Position numbers and translations under genes: made by a program
Part shown: piece by piece, positions 9,172 to 19,700 of the stretch
How the letters are laid out: every line of letters starts with the position of its first letter
Numbering within the stretch: the first letter of the stretch is position 1
The notes under the pieces: generated by a model
What the model saw: the letters and a program-made list of their open reading frames with translations, nothing else
Databases searched by the model: none
What the model was told of the DNA's origin: nothing
Source: Bacteroidales bacterium UBA6680
GTDB lineage: Bacteria; Bacteroidota; Bacteroidia; Bacteroidales; UBA6680
DNA: 64,000 nucleotides
Direction: 5' to 3'
Assembly (NCBI GenBank): GCA_002454955.1
Contig: DKJY01000045.1
Location: 42,282 to 106,281, forward strand

Positions 9172-9877
9172 ACTATTAAGTTCTAATAAACAATTGCAAA
9201 GCAGAGGTTTTGTTGAATACGGCAAGGAGGTTATATATAAAGATCTAAACAAACATAAACTTATACAATTATTATCCAGCAATATAAGTACAGATAGAAC
9301 TACCGCTGCCAGATTAATAAAAGGGTATATAGATAACGAAACTGTTCTTGTTCTTTGCTCCGCGCTACAGAAAGAGACGAAATTATATACTAAAATTGAG
9401 ATCTGCAATTCATTAACTCATCTTGGGTTAATATCTATTGCTCCACTTACCCAACTTCTCGGCAAAATAGGAGATAATCAGCATAAAAAAGTTGATTTAA
9501 AACCATTTAAAAAGAATAGTTATCCTTTACCAAGAGATATAGCAGCAAGAACTATTATACGATTCAAATCAGAGGCGATCCCTTTTGTAGACAAATATAT
9601 AGCAGACTACAATAGTATTGCCACACCAGAAGCTATTGATGTAATTGGCTATGTATGTTTCTATAACAATAATAGTTATAACCATACAAAACTCATCAAT
9701 ATTATAAATAGCAATAAAGATAACGATCTTATTGTCTGGAAAACTATAAGAGCATTATCCTCTTTTAATGATAGCTTACCATTTCTTAAACAACAACTAC
9801 ACTGCATTAAAAACAGATATATAATTGAAGAGATAAAAAGAAGTATAAGATTAATAACTAATAGGGTTGTAAAATAA
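9164..9877 (+). CDS. hypothetical protein, HEAT/armadillo-like helical repeats
   Basis: 237 aa. It overlaps the HD gene by 8 nt, which suggests translational coupling. The helical repeat character is only a weak by-eye call. Confidence 0.45.
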   Translation: MNKLLSSNKQLQSRGFVEYGKEVIYKDLNKHKLIQLLSSNISTDRTTAARLIKGYIDNETVLVLCSALQKETKLYTKIEICNSLTHLGLISIAPLTQLLGKIGDNQHKKVDLKPFKKNSYPLPRDIAARTIIRFKSEAIPFVDKYIADYNSIATPEAIDVIGYVCFYNNNSYNHTKLINIINSNKDNDLIVWKTIRALSSFNDSLPFLKQQLHCIKNRYIIEEIKRSIRLITNRVVK

Positions 9878-9902
9878 ACAACCCTCTCTATTAGATCAAT
9901 AA

Positions 9903-10553
9903 CTACGTCAAGCCTATAATCTTAAGCAGTTCCTTTCTCTCTTTAAGTGCTTCCTTTGATACGCTTACAAAATTTTGCATCCACTCCTTAACATCGTCAA
10001 AAGCCTTGTTTTTTTTATCCTCTGTTGAAACAACACCTTGCTTTACAGTATCATATATACTCTTTAATTCCTCAATCTCGCTCAATTTCTGTTTAGCTAC
10101 ATTTAATGAATCAGATGATATTCCACTACGAATAAAATCCCTTAAAACATCTCCTCTCTCAATAATATTATTATAGAATCTATTCATAACACTCATCGAT
10201 CTTCTATATGATAGAGGAATAGCTCCACTAATGCCAAGTATCTCGCATGTTACACTCTCTTTTCCGTAAATCATAACAGCTTTTCTAACATGCGACTTAA
10301 ATATTGTAAACTGTACATCGTAGGTAGACATAAACATGCTCTTTGCCCTTTTGTACTGATACTCCTCTTTTGCATTAAATGCATACAAACTTTTGGTTTT
10401 TACCAATAGATCAACTCCTTCATCAATCTTAGATATAGTGTAACCATAACCAGACATAATCCTACATATCTCAGCATCTTTTCTTACAATCTCTAAAGCT
10501 TTTCTATAAATTTCTAACTGAACTGACTGGGGCTTATAAAACTTGGGGGTCAT
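9903..10553 (-). CDS. hypothetical protein
   Basis: The ORF track gives 9903..10583. An internal Met (MTPKFYKPQS, 10553) is an equally plausible start. I recognise no family. Confidence 0.5.
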   Translation of the reverse strand: MTPKFYKPQSVQLEIYRKALEIVRKDAEICRIMSGYGYTISKIDEGVDLLVKTKSLYAFNAKEEYQYKRAKSMFMSTYDVQFTIFKSHVRKAVMIYGKESVTCEILGISGAIPLSYRRSMSVMNRFYNNIIERGDVLRDFIRSGISSDSLNVAKQKLSEIEELKSIYDTVKQGVVSTEDKKNKAFDDVKEWMQNFVSVSKEALKERKELLKIIGLT

Positions 10554-10853
10554 AAATAAATATACAATTAGGTTAAACATCATAAAAATTCCAATTCATA
10601 AGTTATGACCATTTTTCTTCAAACTCAATAGATAATTAAAAGTTTTTTTCAAAATTGAGTTATATCACCTTTATAAAACTTATCTGATTTTTTTTACAAT
10701 TAAACCTATTTTTTTATTGACTTGTATATATACTTTTGCATACCTTAGAGTGAAGGCATAAAAAAGTGAATCAAGCATATTAAAGATCATTGTAATGTGA
10801 GATATGATTAAATATGCAGATTATATAATATTTAAGAGACAAACTTATTACAT

Positions 10854-12041
10854 ATGAACAGACAACTATATTATCTGATATTTATAATAGCAATTATTAT
10901 AAGTGCATGCAAAAGTGAAGAAAATAGCATTCTTAAAATAAACAACGAACCCGCACTAAGATTCATTGGAGTAATAAATTACCTTAAAAGTAAGGATACT
11001 ATTAGTATAAATAATGGCAACACTAACGATACTATAAAAATAACCGAAAACAGAAACGACACAGTTCTTAAACATAAAATAGAAACACTATTACAACTTC
11101 CGGAATATACAATTCTGGGACAGTCATCGTCAGCATTTAATAATGCTTCAACATTCAAAGGTAAAAATGCATATAGAGAGGCTTTCTATAACCTTCCGTA
11201 TAAAAAAGTATCAATGTCCGGAGTATTAACAGATCAATGGATTGAATACTGGAATAATGGTTACAATATAGATGCAGAACAGATGCTGAATAAACTTAAC
11301 AATAATATTGTTAATATTGAGAATAATATCATCCACACTGTAAACAAGATACTTCCGGAGAATAAAAATCAGGATCATAATATAGAGGTGGTTTTATGTA
11401 TAGATGGTAACAGTTCTGTATATCCATGTGAAAACAAGATATTCATTGATCTTATTGATTATAATAATTTTAATGATTTCGAAAATGTCATAGCACTCAG
11501 GGTTCATCAACATCTGTATAACAGATGGTTTAAAATAAACTTTACAGAAGACAATACAATATACAGATGGCAAAAAAAGATTATTGTAAATGGATCATCA
11601 CATCTTATTGGTATTGACTATAAAAATAAGTATATAAAGGATATGTACAACAATAAGGAGCTCCTAAATGAATTATATAATGAGTGGATTACAAATTACC
11701 GAGCTTTATCAAATAGTCAAAGTCCTGATACCACATATATTGAGATAAGAGAGAACACATACACAGACCTGTCATTTAACCGATTAAAGAAATATTACAA
11801 AGGCGATATTATTGATGTTGAAGCTATAAGAAACAGACCCATTGCCGACAGTTATATTGGTTATTATATATATAACGCCATTAGCAATGAGATTGGCGAA
11901 AGTGGATTAAAGCAGGTAATTGAGAATCCTGCAGAACTACTATCTGTATATAATGCTATACATAAGGATAATATGGCTATACCAAAGATGCCTAACGATA
12001 TTATTGATATATGGAAGTTAAATCTTCGTAAAACAAATTGA
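10854..12041 (+). CDS. hypothetical lipoprotein
   Basis: 395 aa with a signal peptide and lipobox-like IISAC. I recognise no family. A TACTTTTG -7-type box lies at 10731-10738, which would give a leader of about 115 nt. Confidence 0.55.
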   Translation: MNRQLYYLIFIIAIIISACKSEENSILKINNEPALRFIGVINYLKSKDTISINNGNTNDTIKITENRNDTVLKHKIETLLQLPEYTILGQSSSAFNNASTFKGKNAYREAFYNLPYKKVSMSGVLTDQWIEYWNNGYNIDAEQMLNKLNNNIVNIENNIIHTVNKILPENKNQDHNIEVVLCIDGNSSVYPCENKIFIDLIDYNNFNDFENVIALRVHQHLYNRWFKINFTEDNTIYRWQKKIIVNGSSHLIGIDYKNKYIKDMYNNKELLNELYNEWITNYRALSNSQSPDTTYIEIRENTYTDLSFNRLKKYYKGDIIDVEAIRNRPIADSYIGYYIYNAISNEIGESGLKQVIENPAELLSVYNAIHKDNMAIPKMPNDIIDIWKLNLRKTN

Positions 12042-12052
12042 TATAAAAAATT

Positions 12053-12074
12053 GAGGAGCGATTTTTCGCTCCTC
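12053..12074. terminator. bidirectional terminator hairpin between convergent genes
   Basis: gaggagcg-attttt-cgctcctc is a perfect 8-bp stem, with an A-run upstream and a T-rich tract downstream. Confidence 0.6.
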
Positions 12075-12083
12075 AAATAACTT

Positions 12084-14663
12084 TTACCTCTCTTTCTTAC
12101 TTGATGTAATCTTTCTCTCTCTGCGCATCTCAAAGATATCTGTACTTATAGATCCGTCACCTATAAGATGTTTACAGAAATAATCTGCCTTTAACCAGAA
12201 AAAGTACTCTCTCTGTCTGCCAAAACCATGGCGCTGACCAGGCATAATAAAGAAATCAAAACGTTTATTAGCCTTTATAAGAGCATTTGCCATACGTATA
12301 GTATTTCCCGGATGAACATTATTATCAATATCACCTGTTACCAGTAACAGTTTACCCTTAAGATTCTTTGCTAACTGCGAATTCTTCTCAATATCATATA
12401 TAAACTTTGATGTCCCATCGTCCATCTTCTTCTCTTTAACTCCATGATGTTTCTCACTCCACCATCTGTTGTATATATTATTCTCATGATTTCCTGCAGA
12501 TGATACAGCAACCTTAAAGAAATCTGGATATTGGCACAATGCAGCTGTTGACATAAATCCACCACCTGAATGACCTGTAATACCAACTCTGTTAATATCT
12601 ATAAAGTTAAATCTGTCAGCAAGTTGTTCTGCTACATACTTTTTATCTGCCAAACCATAATCTCTAAGATTCCCATATCCGTAATTATGATACCACTTTG
12701 ATCTTGATGGATGACCTCCACGATTTCCGAGAGTGATAACAACAAAGCCTAACTGAGCCAAACGATCTGTATTATCCATTCTTGAAGAGAACCTTGTATT
12801 AACAGCCTCTGTTTGTGGTCCCGGATATACATACTCAATCAGAGGATATGTTTTGGTAGAATCAAAATCAAATGGCTTATATATAACGCCATATATATCT
12901 GTAATACCATCAGCCGCTTTAGCCTTAAATGGCTCCGGAAATTTATATCCTGCTGCAAACAAATTTGATAAATCTGCTGTCTCTAATTTCATTACTACAT
13001 TACCTCTTGAGTCTCTGATTTCACTTGCAGGAACACTATTAACTCGTGAATAGTTGTTTATAAAGTAACGTTTAGAATCGCTCATATCAATACGTGTGTC
13101 GTAGTTTCCTTTGTTAAGCAACGTTAAACCACTTCCATCTAAATTAACTCGATAAAGATGTACGTAATATGGGTTTTCATTCTTCTCTCTGCCATTAGCT
13201 ATAAAATATACAACTCTGTTTCTTTCATCTACATCAACAATATTCTGAACATGCCATGCACCAGATGTAAGTTGCTTTTTAATATTTCCATTTGTATCAG
13301 ACAAGTAAAGATGAGCCCATCCGTCTCGCTCAGACCAATGAATTATCTCTCTTTCATTATTTATAAAAAACGAACTTCTTGTTTCAACATATGTATTTAA
13401 TCTCTCCTCAATAAGAACCTTTACATCACCTGTATTTAGATCTGCAACACAAAGATCAATCTTGTGTAAATCTCTACTTATTCTTGTAAAATATATCTTA
13501 TCAGACGATTTAGATAACCACTTTGAAGGAACATAATCTTTTATTGACTCTTTATTTGTAACATTAGCTCTGTGAATCCAAACACTCTGATCTGCAAATT
13601 TACTAACATCTATTTTGTCACTTTCTCTCTTCTCCATATCAAAAACCCACATCTCATACTGAGGTGCTTCTTTCTCTCCCGGCATCTGATATCTATATGG
13701 TTCAAGTACTGGTCTAGGATTCTTAAGCACATCAATTACCCATAACTCTTTAACTTTACGTCTGTCACTTCTAACCATTGCAAATTTCTTTGAGTCTGGT
13801 GACCATTGAATCCATACCCCTCTCCTCTTTTCAGACTCCTCTTTAATTTTCTTTTCACTATCATTTACCATCTTGGTATATCCTCCACCATACGCATAAT
13901 GCTGTACACCATCCTTAGTTAACTGATGTTCTACAATTGTGGAATCCTTTTCATCCTTAAGTGCTTTTTGATAATTATCCTTATCCATCCAGTAAAGATT
14001 ATAGTCTCTTGCAAAAATTACAGTCTGACCATCGGGTGAGATATTTGCCCATTTAGCATCATCCTTCTTCTCTTTCCAATCAACAATCTCTGATAAAATT
14101 CCTGTTTTCAAGTTATATTCCAGATGAAACACCTTTTTCTTTGGTCTATCTTTACTCTTTTTCTTAGATCCCTTCTTCTTTTTATCTTTGGTTATCTCTT
14201 TATCATCCTTCTTATCCTTTGTATCCTTCTTATCAGATTCGTCAGTTTTCTTATTCTTTATCTCATCCTGAGTACTTGTAACATCAAACTGAAAAGCTGT
14301 ATCGTCTTTTACAAACTTAAGCTTCATCTTTGGTAAATGCTGATAATCATAAGGATCTTTTGTTATCTTGGTTAACATAGATGCCATCTTATGATTATCA
14401 AAAAGCTTTCTTTTACTTTTCGAATTAAGATCTACTATATAGTAGAAAGTACCCTCTGAAGTTCTGTAATTATACCAAAATTTATCGCCTGTTGAAAGCC
14501 AGTTCGGACGTACAGTAGTTGAAAAAACCATTCTGCTAATCTTAGTTGGCGAAAATCGTTCAGCCATTCTGTAGTTAGCAACATCACTACTTGATTGTGC
14601 ATTAAGCATAAAATTTGCAAAAAAACACACAAGTAGAACAGAAATAATGTAGTTTCTTTTCAT
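12084..14663 (-). CDS. S9B family peptidase (dipeptidyl peptidase IV-like: beta-propeller plus alpha/beta hydrolase)
   Basis: 859 aa with a signal peptide. The C-terminal catalytic domain carries GITGHSGGGFMS (GxSxGG nucleophile), DIDNNVHP (Asp) and a QRHGF region (His). A DPP-IV N-terminal propeller precedes it. Confidence 0.8.
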   Translation of the reverse strand: MKRNYIISVLLVCFFANFMLNAQSSSDVANYRMAERFSPTKISRMVFSTTVRPNWLSTGDKFWYNYRTSEGTFYYIVDLNSKSKRKLFDNHKMASMLTKITKDPYDYQHLPKMKLKFVKDDTAFQFDVTSTQDEIKNKKTDESDKKDTKDKKDDKEITKDKKKKGSKKKSKDRPKKKVFHLEYNLKTGILSEIVDWKEKKDDAKWANISPDGQTVIFARDYNLYWMDKDNYQKALKDEKDSTIVEHQLTKDGVQHYAYGGGYTKMVNDSEKKIKEESEKRRGVWIQWSPDSKKFAMVRSDRRKVKELWVIDVLKNPRPVLEPYRYQMPGEKEAPQYEMWVFDMEKRESDKIDVSKFADQSVWIHRANVTNKESIKDYVPSKWLSKSSDKIYFTRISRDLHKIDLCVADLNTGDVKVLIEERLNTYVETRSSFFINNEREIIHWSERDGWAHLYLSDTNGNIKKQLTSGAWHVQNIVDVDERNRVVYFIANGREKNENPYYVHLYRVNLDGSGLTLLNKGNYDTRIDMSDSKRYFINNYSRVNSVPASEIRDSRGNVVMKLETADLSNLFAAGYKFPEPFKAKAADGITDIYGVIYKPFDFDSTKTYPLIEYVYPGPQTEAVNTRFSSRMDNTDRLAQLGFVVITLGNRGGHPSRSKWYHNYGYGNLRDYGLADKKYVAEQLADRFNFIDINRVGITGHSGGGFMSTAALCQYPDFFKVAVSSAGNHENNIYNRWWSEKHHGVKEKKMDDGTSKFIYDIEKNSQLAKNLKGKLLLVTGDIDNNVHPGNTIRMANALIKANKRFDFFIMPGQRHGFGRQREYFFWLKADYFCKHLIGDGSISTDIFEMRRERKITSSKKER

Positions 14664-14850
14664 TTAAGTTTATTGTTTAATTGATTAGTATAAATTATCT
14701 CCTCATTATCAAGTCATTCAGCAAAAGCAATCTCTTCTGAATCTGAATTACAGTTTTTAGACTTATCAAAAAGCCAAACGTTGCATCCGATACTTAAAAT
14801 ATTAGAAAAAATAACTACTTTAATCAGGTCTTTTAAAGATTAATAATGAT

Positions 14851-14858
14851 TATATTTG
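14851..14858 (+). promoter_or_regulatory. Bacteroidota -7 box (TAnnTTTG) for guaB
   Basis: TATATTTG is an exact match to the consensus, 39 bp upstream of the ATG at 14897. It lies inside the longer ORF-track start (14846), arguing against that start. Confidence 0.45.
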
Positions 14859-14896
14859 CGAAATTTTTATCTCAAAAGAATCAAAGGAGGAAAAAC

Positions 14897-16393
14897 ATGG
14901 CTCATTATTTCACCGATGTATCTAGGACTTTTAGCGAGTACTTATTAGTACCGGGTTTAACAACTAAAGAATGTTTACCACAATCTGTATCTCTTAAAAC
15001 ACCAGTGGTAAAATTTAAAAAAGGCGATAAACCTGAAATAGAATTAAACATCCCATTTGTTTCGGCAATTATGCAATCTGTTTCTGACGACGGATTAGGT
15101 ATAGCATTGGCAAGAAATGGTGGTCTATCATTCATCTACGGATCTCAATCAATAGAAAATCAGGTTGAGATGGTTAAAAAAGTAAAGAAATTTAAAGCGG
15201 GATTTGTTGTTAGCGATGCAAATATAAAACCTGACAGCACTCTTAAAGATGTTATTGAACTAAAAAAGAAGACAGGACACTCTACAATTGCAGTTACACA
15301 TGACGGAAGTGCAAACGGTAAGCTTCTTGGTTTTGTAACAAGCAGAGATTACAGAGAGAACAAAGATTCTATGGACAAAAAAGTTGAAGAGTTTATGACT
15401 CCATTCTCAAAACTTGTTCACGGAAAACTTGGTATTACTCTATCTGAAGCTAACGACATTATCTGGGAGAATAAACTAAATACACTTCCTATTATCGACG
15501 AAAATCAGAATCTATGTTATTTTGTTTTCAGAAAAGACTATGAAGATCACAAAGAGAATCCACACGAGTTACTTGACGAGAATAAGAAACTTATGGTTGG
15601 TGCTGGTATAAATACCAGAGATCATGAAGAGCGAGTACCTGCTCTTGTCGAAGCTGGTGTAGATGTACTATGTCTTGACTCTTCTGACGGATATTCAGAA
15701 TGGCAGTACAACGCTATAAAGTTTATCAAAGATAAATATGGCGATAAGGTTAAAATAGGTGCCGGAAATATTGTTGATAAAGAGGGTTTCCTTTACCTTG
15801 CAGAAGCTGGCGCTGATTTTATAAAAGTTGGTATTGGTGGCGGCTCTATCTGTATTACCCGAGAACAAAAAGGTATAGGAAGAGGTCAGGCATCATCTGT
15901 AATAGAGGTTGCTGAAGCCAGAGATGAATATTACGAAAAAACTGGTATATATATTCCTATATGTACTGATGGCGGTCTTGTTCAGGATTATCATATGGTT
16001 CTTGCTCTTGCAATGGGGGCAGATTTTATGATGATGGGAAGATACTTTGCCCGTTTTGACGAGAGCCCAACAAAGAAATTAAAGATGGGCAACAGTTATG
16101 TTAAGGAGTATTGGGGAGAAGGTTCTAACCGTGCAAGAAACTGGCAGCGTTATGACATGGGTGGTAGTGAGAATCTTAAATTTGAAGAGGGAGTAGACAG
16201 TTACGTCCCATATGCTGGTAAACTAAAAGACAATCTTGATGTTACTATTGGTAAAATCAAATCTACAATGTGTAGTTGCGGTGCTATTACAATTCCTGAA
16301 TTAAAAGATAAAGCTAAAATAACACTTGTATCATCTACAAGTATAATTGAAGGTGGCGCACACGATGTAATTCTTAAAGATACAAACGCGTAA
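14897..16393 (+). CDS. guaB: IMP dehydrogenase (with CBS pair)
   Basis: 498 aa from [20 protein letters not shown]. The catalytic loop is [35 protein letters not shown] and VKKFKAGFV resemble the Tritrichomonas/Borrelia-type IMPDH clade as I remember it. The CBS region falls around aa 120-230. Confidence 0.88.
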   Translation: MAHYFTDVSRTFSEYLLVPGLTTKECLPQSVSLKTPVVKFKKGDKPEIELNIPFVSAIMQSVSDDGLGIALARNGGLSFIYGSQSIENQVEMVKKVKKFKAGFVVSDANIKPDSTLKDVIELKKKTGHSTIAVTHDGSANGKLLGFVTSRDYRENKDSMDKKVEEFMTPFSKLVHGKLGITLSEANDIIWENKLNTLPIIDENQNLCYFVFRKDYEDHKENPHELLDENKKLMVGAGINTRDHEERVPALVEAGVDVLCLDSSDGYSEWQYNAIKFIKDKYGDKVKIGAGNIVDKEGFLYLAEAGADFIKVGIGGGSICITREQKGIGRGQASSVIEVAEARDEYYEKTGIYIPICTDGGLVQDYHMVLALAMGADFMMMGRYFARFDESPTKKLKMGNSYVKEYWGEGSNRARNWQRYDMGGSENLKFEEGVDSYVPYAGKLKDNLDVTIGKIKSTMCSCGAITIPELKDKAKITLVSSTSIIEGGAHDVILKDTNA

Positions 16394-16413
16394 AAACAAT
16401 AAATATACAACTG

Positions 16414-16446
16414 AAAACGTCTGGTCAATCCAGACGTTTTTTTGTT
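16414..16446 (+). terminator. rho-independent terminator of guaB
   Basis: acgtctgg-tcaat-ccagacgt is a perfect 8-bp stem flanked by aaa...ttttttt. Confidence 0.7.
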
Positions 16447-16666
16447 TTATTACCATACATACCTAGGTTTACATATAGAACAGTATTACACTTCTTAACA
16501 ATATGCAAAATAGGACAAATCAACGTTAGCAAAAGGTTAACACATAAGTATACAAAAACCTGTATATCAATCACAATAGGCATTTTACAAAATACACAAG
16601 ATGAACACTATCAATAATTACTATTTATTTTAATATCTGCATAATATCATTTATAAATAAAAACAT

Positions 16667-16674
16667 TACATTTG
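16667..16674 (+). promoter_or_regulatory. Bacteroidota -7 box (TAnnTTTG)
   Basis: TACATTTG lies 30 bp upstream of the ATG at 16704. Confidence 0.45.
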
Positions 16675-16703
16675 TAATTAAACCTATAACACGCAAATTA
16701 GCC

Positions 16704-19700
16704 ATGTTAAAAAAGCTATTCATTGCACTATGTGCGCTGTTTTTTATTAACGCTATTTACGCTCAAACAGATAAAGAGTTTTGGTTTGTTGCTCCAGAGG
16801 TTTCCCAGAACCATGGTGACAGACCTATATATTTGCACCTTACAACGCAAGCAAATGCCGCCACAATTACAGTATCAATGCCAGCTAACCCTGCATTTAC
16901 AACACAGGTTTACAACCTTGCAGCAAATACAACCAGAAGAATCAATCTTGAACCATGGATTGATGAAATAGAGAATCATTATGTTGAAGATTACGATCTT
17001 GCAACTCCTGGTAAGAACAATAAAGGTATACATATTACTGCAACAGAAGATATAACTGCATACTATGAAACAGCCAAGAGTAATAATACAGATCTTTTTG
17101 CGCTGAAAGGTAAGAACGCATTAGGTTCTGAGTTCTTTGTCCCGTTCCAGAACAGGTATTATAATAGAACAAACGGATGGTACACATTCAACCCTCACTC
17201 ATCTGCAAATATTGTTTTCTCAGAAGATGATTCATATATAACCCTTGATATACCTGCAGGAAAAGCTATAAGATATGGTGCAACAAACCTTACCGGAACT
17301 GTACGTCTTGGTCCATTTAACCGTGGAGAGACATTCTATGCTGCTCCAGCCTGGGTAAACAGTCATGTAAGACCTTTTCCGGGAGTAACTACCAGTAATT
17401 CAAACAAACAGTCTGATGATGAGTTCGGTAGATCGAATCAGGATCACCTTTCAGGATTGCATGTAAGAGCACACGATATATCTGGTACAATTCTTAAGAA
17501 CGTTGCAATTACACAGAGTGACGATTCTATGCAATCGTTCTGGGGAGGCTATGATGTTGGAGGAGATCAGATTGTACCCTTAGACATTATAGGAAAAGAG
17601 TATATTGCCATTAAGGGTGAATTAGAGAGCAGAAACAACACTCAACACTTTGACAGCTGGAATGATAATTTTACTAACCAACGTATTTATGCAAGACCAT
17701 CGACAGTATACTCATGGGCTTCAGGAAGATATCTTCCTGAAGGTTGGCATACACTTAACGGAAGGTTCTATATTCAATCAGGAAATTATAATACCGGAAC
17801 AATAAATCAGGAGACTGTATTTATACTTGCCACAGAGGATAACACTACAATTGAGGTTAACGGTACTAATGTTGCTACAATTAACAGAGGAGAAACACAT
17901 GTGCAAGAACTTGAAAATAATTATACACGTATTGTAGCTAGCAAAAACGTTTATGTATGGCAGGTTACTGGTTTTGGTAACGAAATGGGATCTGCAATTC
18001 TACCTGCTATTGATAAATGTACAGGTTCTGAAACTGTAAGTTTTACACGTTCAACAAATAATACATTTATTTTAAATATCATGGTATTAGCCGGAGCCGA
18101 AGGCGATTTTAGATTAAATGGTTCCCCACACTGGAAAATTCCAGCTAGTGCATTCCAGAATACAGGATCACCATTCTGGAAAGCAGCAAGAATATCATTT
18201 ACAACTTCACAGATTCCTGTAGGAACTACGACAGTTCTTTCAAATACATCAGGTCTGTTTCATGTAGGTATTATAAATGGTAACTCTTCAGGAGGTACAC
18301 GTTACGGATATTTTTCCGGATTTGGTGATGTTCCGACTATTAATGCTGCTCCGTCTATCTCCGGATATGCACTTTGTGCAGGCGACATGGAACTTTCTGT
18401 TATAGGTAATCCTTATACTGTGTACCAGTGGTACAGGGATAATACTGCTATATCTGGTGCTACTGGCGATAAATATACAGTTACACAACCAGGTAGATAT
18501 AAGGTTACAGCTATTACAACATGTGCAGGACACTCTACAGAGACATTCCCTTCTAATCATATTGATGCAGTTCCTTGTATTGAGATAAAAGATATTACCG
18601 TAATAGAAGGACAACCGAATGCAATGGTTACAGTTGAGATGACTCATACAATGGCTGTTCCAATATCATTTGATTATGCTACAACAGATGGTACTGCTAT
18701 AAATGGAAAAGACTACACTGAGGCGCGAGGAAGAGCAACAATTCCTCCCGGATCATTAACAGTAACTATTCCAGTTCCAATTACCGACGATAATATAAAC
18801 GAACCTAATGAGACATTTGATATAGATATATCTAATCCAACAATAGCAAATATTAATGACTCTAATGCTACTGTTACTATCCAGGATAATGGTGATGCTC
18901 AATCAAAAGTATCAATTTTGGCTAATGACAATGTTGCAGAAAATGTCCCTGGCAGTAAATATAACTTTGAAATATCTCTTGATAAAGAATCTGGATACGA
19001 TATTAACGTACAATACATTATATCTAACGGAACAGCAACAAAACCAGCAGACTATAATGTAACAACAGCATCAGCTACAATTACTTTTGCCGCAGGAGAA
19101 ACAACAAAAACAATTGAATTAGATATTGTTGATGATAATGTTTTTGAACCTTCACCTGCCGGATACGAAACAATAATTACGAAGATCCAGAATCAAACTA
19201 ACTCTACATTAGCAAATAGCAATGGAGAGATACGTATAACTGAGAACGAAACAATTCCTGAAATAACAAGTGCTAATCTTATTGGTAATGAAGGAACAAA
19301 TCTCAACTTTGTTGTTAACCTATCTGTTGCATGTAGTGAGAATGTAACTGTTAACTACGAAACTTTAGAAGTTACAGCTACCAGAGGTACTGACTTTACT
19401 CATACAGCAGGTAGCAAGACCTTAACATATACTCCAGGACAGACATCTAAAACAATATCAATACCAGCTATAAACGATGGTACACCAGAAATACCTGAGA
19501 CATTTACTCTGCAATTCAGTTCGCCAGTAAATGCAACAATAGCATCTACTCCACTTAACTATACAGGTACAATAACTGATAATACTGGTACTGCAATGGT
19601 ATTTATTACAGATGCTAATGTTACAGAGGGTGGTATTTTAACTTTTAATGTTAACACAACAGTTATAAACCCAACCAACGATATTACATTCGACTTCAAC

